Positions 15,231 to 28,229 are shown, numbered from the whole stretch's first letter. The stretch: DNA of 63,038 nucleotides, filler included, from Octopus bimaculoides (GCF_001194135.2; 5 parts of 5 records of this genome joined end to end with filler, not necessarily neighbours in it), one strand, 5' to 3'. A program made the numbers and translations. Notes: generated from the letters alone by a model not told the origin.

Positions 15231-15513
15231 TTTAAGAAAAACGATTTAAAGAGAATTTTTTCTCCCCCACCCCACTCCATCCCTTCCTATCAAAAAGAAA
15301 CACGAAATGATCGCTCGGTAGAATGAAAAACACACTGTGAATGCCACTTTGATTTCGTGCCTAGACACACACAAAAACAAACAGATACCACTAACACACA
15401 AATGCACATGCACACACAAATATACACATATATTCATATACAAAAACGTGTGTATGTCTGGAAGAGTGAGGCGATGTGGGTGCGATGAGTGACAATCATA
15501 TGCTCTCTCTCTT

Positions 15514-15550
<37 letters not shown>

Positions 15551-15803
15551 TTATCTCTATCTTGGATTGCAACATGCGAATGATTCCATGTCGTAACTCT
15601 TTTACTTTTCCGACTAATTCTACGTTCCGCAATTTACTAAGTGCACAATAGTCAGCAATAGACTTTATAAATATATACACAGACAGACAGATAGATACAT
15701 ATATGGAGAAAGGGCGATAAAATGAGAGATATACACGCACACACATACACAAATATATATGTATATATTTATATGTATATATATGCAAATACATGCGTGC
15801 ATT

Positions 15804-15860
<57 letters not shown>

Positions 15861-15913
15861 ACGCACACAAGCACACACTCACACACAGAAACACATTCAC
15901 CCACACACACATA

Positions 15914-15949
<36 letters not shown>

Positions 15950-17304
15950 TATGACCGCAGTCTATTGTCAGAAGCCAATATAGGAATGTACGTATATATG
16001 TCTTTCAAGACAATTTTGTGATGCATTTTAACGGATTCTTGTTTCCAGCTTGCTACACTTTATCTTTATCTGAACACGGTTGTTTTTTTTTTTGTTGTTT
16101 TTTTTTTGTTTTTTTTTTTCGTTTCTCTGCTTCTGATTTCTAGTGGGGTTCCTTTAGATTGCTGCACAAAGCATTCGTATCTCCATCTTCACTTGCCAGA
16201 GGCATGGCTAAATAGAAATTAAATTTTCTCATGCATCATGTATGCATGCATACATATGTATATATATGTACGTATATACACATATATACATATATATGCG
16301 TGCGTGTGTGTGTGCGTGCGTGCGTGCGTACGTGTGTGTGTGTGTGTGTGTGTGCGTAACATCATGATATATCTTCAGGATTATGCTGTGCGAAATTCAA
16401 CTTCAAAAACATTTGATAACATTACATATTATTGATGATTTCGTCAGAATAGCTTGAAATTGATGTTTAGTACATAACGTAACAAAGGTGAACAATATAT
16501 TTGGCACATTGAGAATTAGATTAAGGAAGTAACTAGAGGTTAAAACTGAAGTCAAAATCAAAGTGGATGAATCGACTCTATTGGTTAAAACCTATAGCCA
16601 GAGGCAACCAAATTTATTGAGATCAAAAGGAGAAAGACACATTATATATTATAATGTCCACTCACTACCCTCTTCGCCTCAAATGACAGGATATTGGCTA
16701 CGAAACTAGCCTGAAGGATATCTATTGATATTGCTTGCAGAGAAATAAGATCTAAAGATTCAAGAGCGTTACTGAATCAATACTATTCGCTAAAGATAAT
16801 AAAACATGAATAGCTTCCTAACAGTGAAACAAACAAAGACTGCAGAATTCTGAGGGCTAAGGCTAAAGTTTAAATATATAGATTACTTTGATAAAGTGGA
16901 AGTATATAATGATTTCTTAACTCATACGAGGGAAATTGTTTTATTTCTGAAATTCTTTTATACTATCAGAATGATTATTTCGATTTGTTTAGGTAGTGAT
17001 ACTTAGTAAGTGATATAATGCACAGGTTTCTAACATGCCAGTAAATTATCTAACAGCGTCGAGCCCACTTGATCAAAAGTTGTGCATGCTTACATATTTG
17101 CGTATAGGCCTTTTGGAGTCCTACTCGTAAGGAAACACAAGCACCCCAGTATAACTCTGTGTCCAGTCTGTGTGTAAATGTCTCTGCGTTTTTGTTCAAG
17201 GGGCGTCTGACAGTAATAATATTTTACTTGTTTAATCTTGAAAAGAAACACACATAGATACAGACGTACATATACAAAACACACACACACATATATGGAG
17301 GCAT

Positions 17305-17358
<54 letters not shown>

Positions 17359-17398
17359 TGACAGACAGACAGACAGACAGACAGACAGATAGACAGAC

Positions 17399-17452
<54 letters not shown>

Positions 17453-17470
17453 GTAGATAGACAGACAGAC

Positions 17471-17544
<74 letters not shown>

Positions 17545-18069
17545 CGATGTACGTATTGATATAGTTGTTGTGTGCATTTGTGCCCAATAGGATGTTAAAT
17601 TATACGATGTATAGGCAGTTCTTTCCAAATTTCCTATTCATGTACTATCTACAATATAGTAATTTTTAAATTAGCTCCACTAAAAATCTCAAGTGACACA
17701 TTATACAGATTGATTTTAGAATTAAAATAAAATTCTTATATCATCATCTATGGGAAATGTTTTATTCCGAAGATAATAAAGCTACTTCAAATAAAACTCT
17801 TCCTTGACGCAATACGGGGGACGGTATTTGCGATTAGAATTCATTTCTAATGGATTATAATTGTGTGTACGAAAAATGTTTTTGTAAGATTCAATCCGAA
17901 TAACAAACATATCAAAAGTGCTGATATTTACTGACCTTTCTTTTATCATTGCAAATGGGATCAGTTATGCACACACACAGTTTCTTTGCAAACTCTATTA
18001 AACGCCATCATGTTTTCTAGAGCTGACATGAGAGAATATATATATATATTATTTCTATATAAATATTCA

Positions 18070-18262
18070 CTTCAAGTTTTGACACAAGGCCAGAAATTTC
18101 GCGGGGAAATGCTAAGTCGATTACATTGTTCCCAGTGCTCCTCTGATGCATATTTCATCGATCCCGAAAGGATGAAATGCAAGGTTGATTTCGGCGGAAT
18201 TTGAACCCAGAACATAAAGACGGATGAAATGCCGCTAAGCTTTTCGCTCGGCGAACTACCGA
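18070..18262 (-). mobile_element. OK-like SINE
   Basis: tcgatcccgaaaggatgaaatgcaaggttgatttcggcggaatttgaacccag matches the 12872 copy. Confidence 0.85.
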
Positions 18263-18434
18263 ACTTCCTGATCGGTACCTTCTTATTCATTCATAAATAT
18301 TATCACAATTTTAACAAGAGCTTATTTTCTGTCATACGAATTAATAATTACTCAATTCACTTTATTGCTTTATAAGTTTATTCAATTCATTGTTTTATTA
18401 GTTTAGAGTAACTGATATTGGATTTGAGACAAAA

Positions 18435-18770
18435 GGGAGAAGCTGAGTTATGGCGTCGAGTTTACGATTGTGAGGTTCTGAGTTCGATTCCCGGACCGGG
18501 CTGCATGTTGTGTTCTTGAGCAAGACACTTTATTTCACGTTGCTTCAGTTAACTCAGCTGTAGAAATGGGTGGTGATATCACTGGTGCCAAGCTGTATCG
18601 GCCTTTGCCTTTCCCTTGGATAACATCAGTGGTGTGGAGAGGGGAGGCTGGTATGCATGGGCGACTGCTGGCCTTCCATAAACAACTTTTCCCGAATTTG
18701 TGCCTCAGAGGGGAACTTTCTAGGTGCAATCCCATGGTCATTCATGACCGAAGGGGGTCTGCCCATTACA
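18435..18770 (+). mobile_element. tRNA-derived SINE with CORE-like central domain
   Basis: B-box gagttcgattccc; central ttcttgagcaagacactttatttcac...cagctgtagaaatggg; distinct 3' tail. Confidence 0.7.
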
Positions 18771-18847
18771 ATGGCACACTTATATTATAAGGATACATTA
18801 CACCGATTATATACTATATCATAATGACGTATTTCACTGATATAATA

Positions 18848-19952
18848 CGAGGTGGTATCAAAAAGTTCCCAGACTAGTTATGCTTAATAAAACAATAACT
18901 TATTTACATAAGCAGCAGATATAAAAAGGGGAACTTGACACGACGATCAGTCGGACGCTGACACTCGTTGATGCTGCATCGAAGAGGCCAGGGAATAGAA
19001 GAAAGAGGACATGCACCCAACACCAGAGCTGAAGACACCTCCGAAAGGAGGGGCCTCGCCACGTCAAAACGGTAGAGGAGTAGGGGCCGAAACCGGACGT
19101 GGTTCCTCCTGATGATGTCTTGAGCTAACTGGATCCTATAAAGGTGCTGTTGTGGTAGCAGACCACGAAACATGGTTGAAATTCCTCCATAAGTTTTATC
19201 AACATATTCTTCGAAATTGTAATCTGGCCTGCAAGTCATTTTCCGCAGGGGAGTCGAGGACTTTCTGCGATTCGCTCTTTAACTTGGCAACGGTGTTAAA
19301 ACAGTGACCTTTCATCTTCATATTCATCTTGAGGAAGAGATGGAAGTCTGTAGGTGCTAAATTTGGCGAATAGGGCGGGTGCGGAAGCGATACTTATGTT
19401 GTTTTCGGCGAGAAACTCACGAGTGAAGAAAACTTGGTGACAGGGTGCATTGTCGTCGTAAGGAATCCAATTCTTCGCGCTCCACAGATCCGGTTGCTTT
19501 CGTCGAATTTCCTACCTCAAACGCTTCAAGATACCTTGACTGTCCCCCGACGATTCTCATGCTCAAGCTGATGAATTTTCTCCACATTTCCGTGGGTGAC
19601 GCTCATGACAGGTCTTACAGATCGTTCATTGTCTTCTAGGGACCTCTACTGCTTTTGAAGCGAATGTGCCACTCGAAACATTGCGTATGACTAGATGCTT
19701 TGTCACCGTATGCTTGCGGAAGCATGCTCAATGACTTTATAACAGAGTTACCAAGTTTAAGACAAAATTTACTGCTGGCTTCTTTGTTCAAACTCCCTGT
19801 TAATGACAAAAATCGCAGACCACAGCATACACATGATCACAAAATCACAAATTTCACATCTCGCGAAGTAGCCACAGCGATGTCACTCGGCACACAATAC
19901 CTTGTGTTGGTGCGCTACAGAACTAGTACGAGAACTTGTTGATACTACCTCG
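18848..19952 (-). mobile_element. Internally deleted mariner (Tc1/mariner) with intact TIRs, TA TSD and a 275-bp insertion
   Basis: TA|cgaggtggtatcaaaaagttcccagactagtt ... aactagtacgagaacttgttgatactacctcg|TA; remnants of DNAP and PHPPYSP motifs; same family as 37198-38086. Confidence 0.9.
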
Positions 19953-20039
19953 TATATTACGATGTATTAGAATGTTAAAGTGATACATTACAACGTCATA
20001 CTATAATTTAATCATACAATTATACAGTATATTGTTTTC

Positions 20040-20228
20040 AAATTTTGGCACAAGGCCAATTTCAAAATAGAAAGTAAGTCGATTAGATCGACTCCAGTGG
20101 TCAACTGGTACTTATTTTATCGTCCAAAGTCGACCTCGGAGGAGTTTGAACTCAAAACATGAACACGGACGAAATGCCATTAATCATTTTGTTCCGGGTA
20201 GTAACGATTCTGCTTCCTCGCTGCCTTA
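20040..20228 (-). mobile_element. OK-like SINE, degraded
   Basis: aagtcgacctcggaggagtttgaactc; ttggcacaaggcc tail. Confidence 0.75.
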
Positions 20229-22299
20229 GAGAATATGAAAAATATTACAATGATATGGTGCACGATTGATTTCAGAAATATCTATCACGTAAAATGTGTT
20301 AATCATTATAATAAGGTTTTATAAGGCAACAAAGCTTATATTCTGCCGAGGTCGACTTTACCTTTCATCCTTTCTGAGATTAGCGGTTTTGAGCAGAGTA
20401 TGCACTGGACCACTACTTTTCTGAAAGCAAAAAAGAGCTAAACGTATCTGTATAACACGGTCCAGAACATATATCAAACAGGAATTTTGCAAAACTAAAG
20501 AGTTTGGGGTGTTCACACTAGTTTTCACACGCATTGTTTACATCCAGAACACAATATCAGATGATTTACTCATACACACGCACATATATTCATACACAAA
20601 TGCACGCGCGAGCGCCCGCACACACACACACACACACACATTTTTATATATATGCATGTATATATATTTTTATATATAAAAACTAGCGAGCGAGTGCACA
20701 AACATTTGAATTTAATGCTGACTCTACCACTGGCTCAATCCACTGAAGTGTAATTCCTTTTTTTATCGATTTCTAACTCGGATGAAACGTTCAAGTCACT
20801 ATATTCAAATTACATCTTAATTCGATTTAAATTAATTTAGCTATTTGTAATTTGAATTAATTGAACATGGAAAAATTGTAGGTTATAAGAAATTGGATTT
20901 GTGTTAATAAATTGATGTCCATCTGCCGATTTCTACATTTTCTTTTCCTATATATATACATGTATACATACACACACACACANNNNNNNNNNNNNNNNNN
21001 NNNNNNNNNNNNNNNNNNNNNNNNNNNNNNNNNNNNNNNNNNNNNNNNNNNNNNNNNNNNNNNNNNNNNNNNNNNNNNNNNNNNNNNNNNNNNNNNNNNN
21101 NNNNNNNNNNNNNNNNNNNNNNNNNNNNNNNNNNNNNNNNNNNNNNNNNNNNNNNNNNNNNNNNNNNNNNNNNNNNNNNNNNNNNNNNNNNNNNNNNNNN
21201 NNNNNNNNNNNNNNNNNNNNNNNNNNNNNNNNNNNNNNNNNNNNNNNNNNNNNNNNNNNNNNNNNNNNNNNNNNNNNNNNNNNNNNNNNNNNNNNNNNNN
21301 NNNNNNNNNNNNNNNNNNNNNNNNNNNNNNNNNNNNNNNNNNNNNNNNNNNNNNNNNNNNNNNNNNNNNNNNNNNNNNNNNNNNNNNNNNNNNNNNNNNN
21401 NNNNNNNNNNNNNNNNNNNNNNNNNNNNNNNNNNNNNNNNNNNNNNNNNNNNNNNNNNNNNNNNNNNNNNNNNNNNNNNNNNNNNNNNNNNNNNNNNNNN
21501 NNNNNNNNNNNNNNNNNNNNNNNNNNNNNNNNNNNNNNNNNNNNNNNNNNNNNNNNNNNNNNNNNNNNNNNNNNNNNNNNNNNNNNNNNNNNNNNNNNNN
21601 NNNNNNNNNNNNNNNNNNNNNNNNNNNNNNNNNNNNNNNNNNNNNNNNNNNNNNNNNNNNNNNNNNNNNNNNNNNNNNNNNNNNNNNNNNNNNNNNNNNN
21701 NNNNNNNNNNNNNNNNNNNNNNNNNNNNNNNNNNNNNNNNNNNNNNNNNNNNNNNNNNNNNNNNNNNNNNNNNNNNNNNNNNNNNNNNNNNNNNNNNNNN
21801 NNNNNNNNNNNNNNNNNNNNNNNNNNNNNNNNNNNNNNNNNNNNNNNNNNNNNNNNNNNNNNNNNNNNNNNNNNNNNNNNNNNNNNNNNNNNNNNNNNNN
21901 NNNNNNNNNNNNNNNNNNNNNNNNNTAGCAAATTCATATTAAAATCTACCGGAATGTATTAAGAAAGATTATATACGCCATTGCTTTGATTCTCTCGGTT
22001 CTCCGTGCCCATGATGGTGTATTATCGATCTGAAAGACATCATCATGCATCAGCCAATAATTTGTTTGCTTAATTCTAAAAACTAGAGCCACAATTCTTG
22101 TTTATGTCCCTTGATCGTCGATTAGCTTTGACTAAAGAGACACAACCAGCTTGGAACACTGTGGTGTCTCAAAGTTTACTCACCACATCGAATCGAATGT
22201 GTTGTGAACACGCATACAGTAATTGTTATCCGAGGGCGAAGTACTATAATGCTTGGTATATTCATCTTCGAACTTTCTGGAATGTATTTAAAATGAATA

Positions 22300-22740
22300 T
22301 GTGTGTCTGAAGATTGGTGGGAATGTAGAAAAGCGTTAAAAGATTCTCAAACATTGCTACACTTATTGCATTTTCTATCTTTGGTTATATTAGTCAAATT
22401 TTATCCGAGAGCCTTCAAACTTGAATATATACGCTACACTTATTGTATAGGGGTGGGTTCACATGTTGATGATATGGATACACTTCTAAATTAAATTGTT
22501 TAACTGTCCTATGGATATGTAACCTCCGGTCTCCTTCTATATGCCACCAAAGTATTAATAAGAAATCATTTCCTCCGAAGTCGCCATTTTTCTCTTCTGA
22601 AAAGATGACTCTCTAATTTCTTGTGTTGCTTATTGGAATTTTTTATATCTGTCTCTAGCTTTCTCTTTGTATTATCTTTGCAGAGTATTACGAGTTCTGT
22701 CTTTTCTGGTTGAAGCTATCAGTCTTTTTTAGATAAGTTT
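22300..22740 (-). mobile_element. Possible old LINE RT/thumb remnant
   Basis: FNPEKTEL-like and KKLGVIFS-like motifs in broken minus frames. Confidence 0.35.
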
Positions 22741-23349
22741 TAGCAATTCTTTACACAAATTGAGATAAAACAGATTACTATGTGTACTTCATATGTTCGT
22801 ATTTTTTTTACATACGTATTTGGGAATGAAACAATGCACGTTTGTAATTAGGAAAGCATTCCTCTCGCTACTACAGAAAATATTTACCTAGCTTTTTGCC
22901 GTGTGGTTAACCGCAGCTAAAAGAGAAATGTTTGCAATATATTAAATTGTAAGAACGGGCAGTAAATTTTATTATTGTGACCACCAAGTTTCTGTCTGCT
23001 TTTTGTGTTTTCTTTGTTTTTAAGATTTGGATATAATATCGAATTTTAGTTTTAATTTTCTTTATAGCATGTTAGGTGTTTATTATGAAAACTAAGACTA
23101 AACTTCAACTAAAATCACTACAGATTGCAGGTTCTGTATTCTGAAAATGGATAAGAAATATCCATGCTCAGTGGAGAAATAGATGTACAATCTTGTGCAT
23201 CTACTTTCAGCAAGATATATATATATATATATATATAAGTTCAAAAAAGGAAAAAGACAAAAAGACAACAACAAAAAATAGCAGCGTGAGGACGTGATAC
23301 AGATTGTCTTACTGGACGCTCGGGAAAGGAAAGAAAGAATATATATATA

Positions 23350-23449
23350 NNNNNNNNNNNNNNNNNNNNNNNNNNNNNNNNNNNNNNNNNNNNTTAATTA
23401 ATTAANNNNNNNNNNNNNNNNNNNNNNNNNNNNNNNNNNNNNNNNNNNN
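23350..23449. other. Assembly gap marker: 44 N + TTAATTAATTAA + 44 N (also at 29803-29902, 33571-33670, 59674-59773)
   Basis: Identical 100-bp layout at four sites; the 12-mer has stops in all six frames. Confidence 0.95.
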
Positions 23450-23514
23450 TATATATACATATACATATATACATACATACACATATATACATATATACAC
23501 ACACACATGCATAC

Positions 23515-23545
<31 letters not shown>

Positions 23546-24069
23546 TACATATATATATATGCACATATATACATATAAATATATATACACATATATACAT
23601 ATAAATATATATACACTTTATTAAAGGCTGCGAAGATATCACAAAAACTTACTGTGAGTTTCACGTCCCCATTTGGCATACAGTTTTATTTAGAATGGAA
23701 CAAAACAAGGTAATATGCATAAATAAACAATAACCTTGATAGACACCTATTTGAAAATTGTTTTGTTCCATTGGTCCTGTTTTATGAAATTGCAATTACG
23801 GTTTAAAATATTATTATAAAAATCGTAAGAAAGCCTTCAAGCAAAAAAATACCTTATGTAGAAGAAAAAAAGGCCTGAACACCCAAGGTAAATAATTAGT
23901 GGTAAAAAATAAAAATAAATTAAATACATACATTTGTTTAAAAAAACTTTCAAAAAAGACTAACATCTTAACATACAGATACATTTAGCAATACATACAC
24001 ATACTGAACAACCTAAACATACATACATACATTAAACATAAAAGTGGTACATGACTATATACATATCAT

Positions 24070-24860
24070 TTTTTTCATTTTATCTAGTTTCAGCTCATGA
24101 GCTGTGGCCATGCTGAGGCACCGCTATTTGGTATTGCTACACAATTTTACTTCACGAATTTTACTTCACGAATTTTACTTCACGAATTGACATTTGGTGC
24201 ATGAGAGAGTTTGATGCAGCTGCCTTCATCTGCACCCCCTGCCATGAAGTTGGTTCATCCGGGACACTTCACAGAAAGAGGTCCAGCCTCATCTTGAAGA
24301 CACCTACATCCACCCCATACAGGTCTCTCAGGTCCTTCAGGAGGATATTGAAGAGCTGTGGACCTCTGAAGCCCAGGCTATTGCAGTATCTTGTCCTACA
24401 TCTTGATGGCAAATTTGGAGTCCTTGGCACTATGCAATGGCATCCAGTTCTTTTATTTGTGTAACTTTCGATATCAAAGTTTGGGACAATTCCTTCGAGG
24501 ATCTTCCAGATGTATATTATGGCATATCTTTCTCGCCTACGCTCTAACGAATAGAGTCTTAATCTCTTGAGTCTTTCCCAGTAGCCTATATGTTGCATAG
24601 AGGCTATCTTCTTCATGTAGCTTCGTTGGATTGCCTCAAGTTCTGAGATTAATTTGACACTGGTTGGTGACCATAGCTGAGAGCAATAGTCAAAGTGACT
24701 TAGAACAAGTGTCCTCCAGAGGACCATCATGGTTTCCTGATCTTTTGTTCTAAAAGTCCTAAGAATCCATCCGGTCAGTCGCCTGCATTTCATTGCCAAT
24801 TTAGCGACATGAACATGAAAGGATGCATTATTACTCATGTAAATGCCCAGGTCTCGCACT
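24070..24860 (-). mobile_element. 5'-truncated CR1-group LINE (RT thumb, C-terminus, 3' UTR)
   Basis: ORF 24269-24916: RDLGIYMS...GWILRTF...LVLSHFDYCSQLWSP...YWERLKRLRLYSLERRRERY; the 3' UTR has a 14-mer tandem x3 and a terminal stem-loop. Confidence 0.92.
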
Positions 24861-25050
24861 GAAATATAAGCAAAACATAAATATATAAAAATGCATGTAT
24901 ATGTATCCACGCACACACATGCGCATGCATAATACCTTCTAATATAACTTATACAGGCGAGAGAAAGAAAATGAAAAGAAAATCAGAAAATAACAAGTGG
25001 TGGGAGAAAAGAAAAAAGGAACAGAAAAAAGAAATAAAAGAAAACGAAAC

Positions 25051-25100
25051 AACCCATGCTAGCATGGAAAGCGGACCTTGAACGATGATGATGATGATGA

Positions 25101-25101
<1 letters not shown>
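25051..25101 (+). mobile_element. 3' end of the RTE-related retroposon family with (GAT)n tail
   Basis: aacccatgctagcatggaaagcggaccttgaacgatgatgatg. Confidence 0.75.
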
Positions 25102-25137
<36 letters not shown>

Positions 25138-25187
25138 ATATATATAAATAAAAATATATATGCATATATACATATATATATACATAC

Positions 25188-25224
<37 letters not shown>

Positions 25225-25586
25225 NNNNNNNNNNNNNNNNNNNNNNNNNNNNNNNNNNNNNNNNNNNNNNNNNNNNNNNNNNNNNNNNNNNNNNNNNNNN
25301 NNNNNNNNNNNNNNNNNNNNNNNNNNNNNNNNNNNNNNNNNNNNNNNNNNNNNNNNNNNNNNNNNNNNNNNNNNNNNNNNNNNNNNNNNNNNNNNNNNNN
25401 NNNNNNNNNNNNNNNNNNNNNNNNNNNNNNNNNNNNNNNNNNNNNNNNNNNNNNNNNNNNNNNNNNNNNNNNNNNNNNNNNNNNNNNNNNNNNNNNNNNN
25501 NNNNNNNNNNNNNNNNNNNNNNNNNNNNNNNNNNNNNNNNNNNNNNNNNNNNNNNNNNNNNNNNNNNNNNNNNNNNNNNNNNNNNN

Positions 25587-26095
25587 CAAAATGGTGTATT
25601 TTATGTGCCACCCGCACAAGAGCCAGTCCAGAGGCACTGACAACAATCTCGCTCGAAAGTCCTTACATATGCCGCGGGCACAGGTGCCATCACAATTTCG
25701 CTTTCGCTTGCCCCAATAAGTCTTTGCAAGTTGAGTTTCGTGTCCAATGAAGGAGATGATGTTGGCATGGGTGCCAGTCGTCGAATTTAACTCGATTTCG
25801 ATTTCACTTGCCTCAACAGGTCTTCGCAAGTGGGGTTTGGTGTCCAATGAAGGAAGGTACGCATAAGTGGACTGGCTGAGGCCTTAGATCTAGGTCTCAC
25901 TTGGCTTGCTGGGTCTTCTGACGCACAGCATTTGGCAGAGTTTCTACAGCTGGATGCCCTTCCTAAACACCAACCACTCAGAGAGTGTAGTGGGTGCTTT
26001 TACATGCTATCGGTACAAAGGCCAGTCAGGCGGTACTGGCAACGGCCACGCTCAAAATGGTGTATTTTATGTGCCACCCACACAAGAGCCAGTCT
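25587..26095 (-). mobile_element. RTE-related non-autonomous retroposon with extra internal modules
   Basis: Shares gcagagtttctacagctggatgccc...gagagtgtagtgggtgcttttac with the 11063 and 29575 copies; aaatggtgtattttatgtgccaccc occurs twice. Confidence 0.7.
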
Positions 26096-26289
26096 ATATA
26101 TATATATATATATCTTCACATCAAGATACATACAGCATAACGTATATACGCATACAAACACATAAAGAATGTCTGGTATACAGAATATTAAAATATGGAA
26201 ATTGAACGATAAATTAATATAACATAATTAAATGTAAGATAAAAAAAAATATAAAGTTTGAATAAATAAAAAAAATGAGTAAAAATGAT

Positions 26290-26490
26290 TAAAAAATAAA
26301 CCTCAGCGAAACTTATGTTTAAAGTTGTAAAACAGTTGGAGGCTTTCCTAAAATTCAGATGTAAAATATAAAATGTGAAGTCAAAATATGTACTAGCATT
26401 GTAATCCCAAAATGACCATATATAAGACTTGAATGAATTTTCTGAAGCCCCTGTGTAAGTTTTATAATCTTGTGAGCCATCTATTCCCAC
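26290..26490 (-). mobile_element. Penelope GIY-YIG fragment (Naiad-like)
   Basis: KTYTGASENSFK resembles Y.G.TE..FK.R; frameshifted afterwards. Confidence 0.45.
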
Positions 26491-26499
26491 TTTCGCTCC

Positions 26500-26537
<38 letters not shown>

Positions 26538-26557
26538 ATCTCTCTCTCCCTCTCTCG

Positions 26558-26593
<36 letters not shown>

Positions 26594-26596
<3 letters not shown>

Positions 26597-27341
26597 ACAA
26601 TTAAAAGGGTAAAGGATTATCAATTTATTAATAAATTAATAATTAATAATTTTTACCAAGTCCTTCGGTATGTAAGCACCATTATCGGTGTAGAACTTAT
26701 TTAAAAGTTCTTATACATTTATAAACAAAATTAAGGGATCAGCAACAGGTTGCTTCACCACATACCGAAGTTCAGAAATAGCAGCTAAAAATGCTGAAAC
26801 TCCAGNNNNNNNNNNNNNNNNNNNNNNNNNNNNNNNNNNNNNNNNNNNNNNNNNNNNNNNNNNNNNNNNNNNNNNNNNNNNNNNNNNNNNNNNNNNNNNN
26901 NNNNNNNNNNNNNNNNNNNNNNNNNNNNNNNNNNNNNNNNNNNNNNNNNNNNNNNNNNNNNNNNNNNNNNNNNNNNNNNNNNNNNNNNNNNNNNNNNNNN
27001 NNNNNNNNNNNNNNNNNNNNNNNNNNNNNNNNNNNNCAGCCCATCATCTTCCCTCACGGATTACCATGTGCGTCGCAGGCGGTACCGCAGAAAATCTGTG
27101 GTTTACTATCCGGGAGTGAATAATTAATTATTACAATTAAAAGGGTAAAAGATTATCAATTTATTAATAAATTAATAATTAATAATTTTTACCAAGCCCT
27201 TCGGTATGTAAGCACCATTATCGGTGTGGAACTTATTTAAAAGTTATTATACATTTATAAACAAAATTAAGGGATCAGCAACAAGTTGCTTCACCACATA
27301 CCGAAGTTCAGAAATAGCAGCTAAAAATGCTGAAACTCCAG
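26594..27341 (-). repeat. Two 212-bp direct repeats (26594-26805, 27130-27341) around an N-gap; probable Penelope pLTR pair
   Basis: 5 mismatches between copies; different left flanks; hammerhead-like ccgataa-tggt..acc-gaa on the minus strand. Confidence 0.6.
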
Positions 27342-27371
27342 TAAAAACTGGCTGGCAGAAGAAACAGGTGC

Positions 27372-27450
27372 CATAGTATGAACTCATTTGACATGCCTTT
27401 TCAATCCTCCAACTGAGGGGCATACCTTTCCACAGGTTGCACATGTTCTG
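27372..27450 (-). mobile_element. RTE-type C-terminal C2H2 finger remnant
   Basis: RTCATCGKVCPSVGGLKRHVK*; same pattern as the finger in 1-251. Confidence 0.55.
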
Positions 27451-28229
27451 TTGTGAACAATAGCCATATCACATACATACACACACATACACACAATATA
27501 TTATGGCATCACTTAAAAAAGACATTTAATTTAGATAAAGCATATAAACTCAGTCTCTTACAGCTGTTTCTAGAATAATCAAGCATTTGTATTATCATCT
27601 TAAGTAATGATTCCACAAGCTGAGTATTCTGTTATTTGTCAGGGAGATGTAAAAATCTTCACAAATCCAGTCACATAACCCTGCACAATTATTAAACAAG
27701 CTAGACACAATCTTCTGTATGCATGTTCACAAATTTTTTAAGTCGTTCAAGTTTTAGCACAAATCTAAGTGTACTAAAGCAGACATTATATGAGATCACT
27801 TAAATTAAATTATTATATCCACAATATCTTTATTTCTTTTTATCCTTCCTTTGTAGATCCTCATTCTCTCCTTTATTTCATATTTGATGCCGCCCACCTA
27901 GATTATAATGAAATATCTGCTGTTACAACACTCTAAATTAATAGAAACAATACATCTTTCTTCTCATCGTTTGGAATTATATACAGTTTGGAATTATATA
28001 CAAAGTAATAAAATACATATTTTATATAATTAATACATTTATATAATTAATCTAACATTCCAGTTCTCTTCACTAATTTATTTACTTTATGATATCTAGT
28101 TTCTCTGGGATACTGATGTTAAATGACGATCATCATTAAATCAATATTTTAACCCATTCATAACAAAAGACCGAGACCTCTGGAGATATGCTGTGATTGA
28201 GAAGACCCAGCAAATAAAGTGAGTTCACA

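Noticed and set aside
23394-23405. TTAATTAATTAA palindrome recurring four times
   Set aside because: Always centred in 44N+12+44N; an assembly gap linker, not biology.
24145-24190. 14-bp x3 tandem as CRISPR-like repeat (also about 48300-48345)
   Set aside because: No spacers; simple slippage duplications in eukaryotic DNA.
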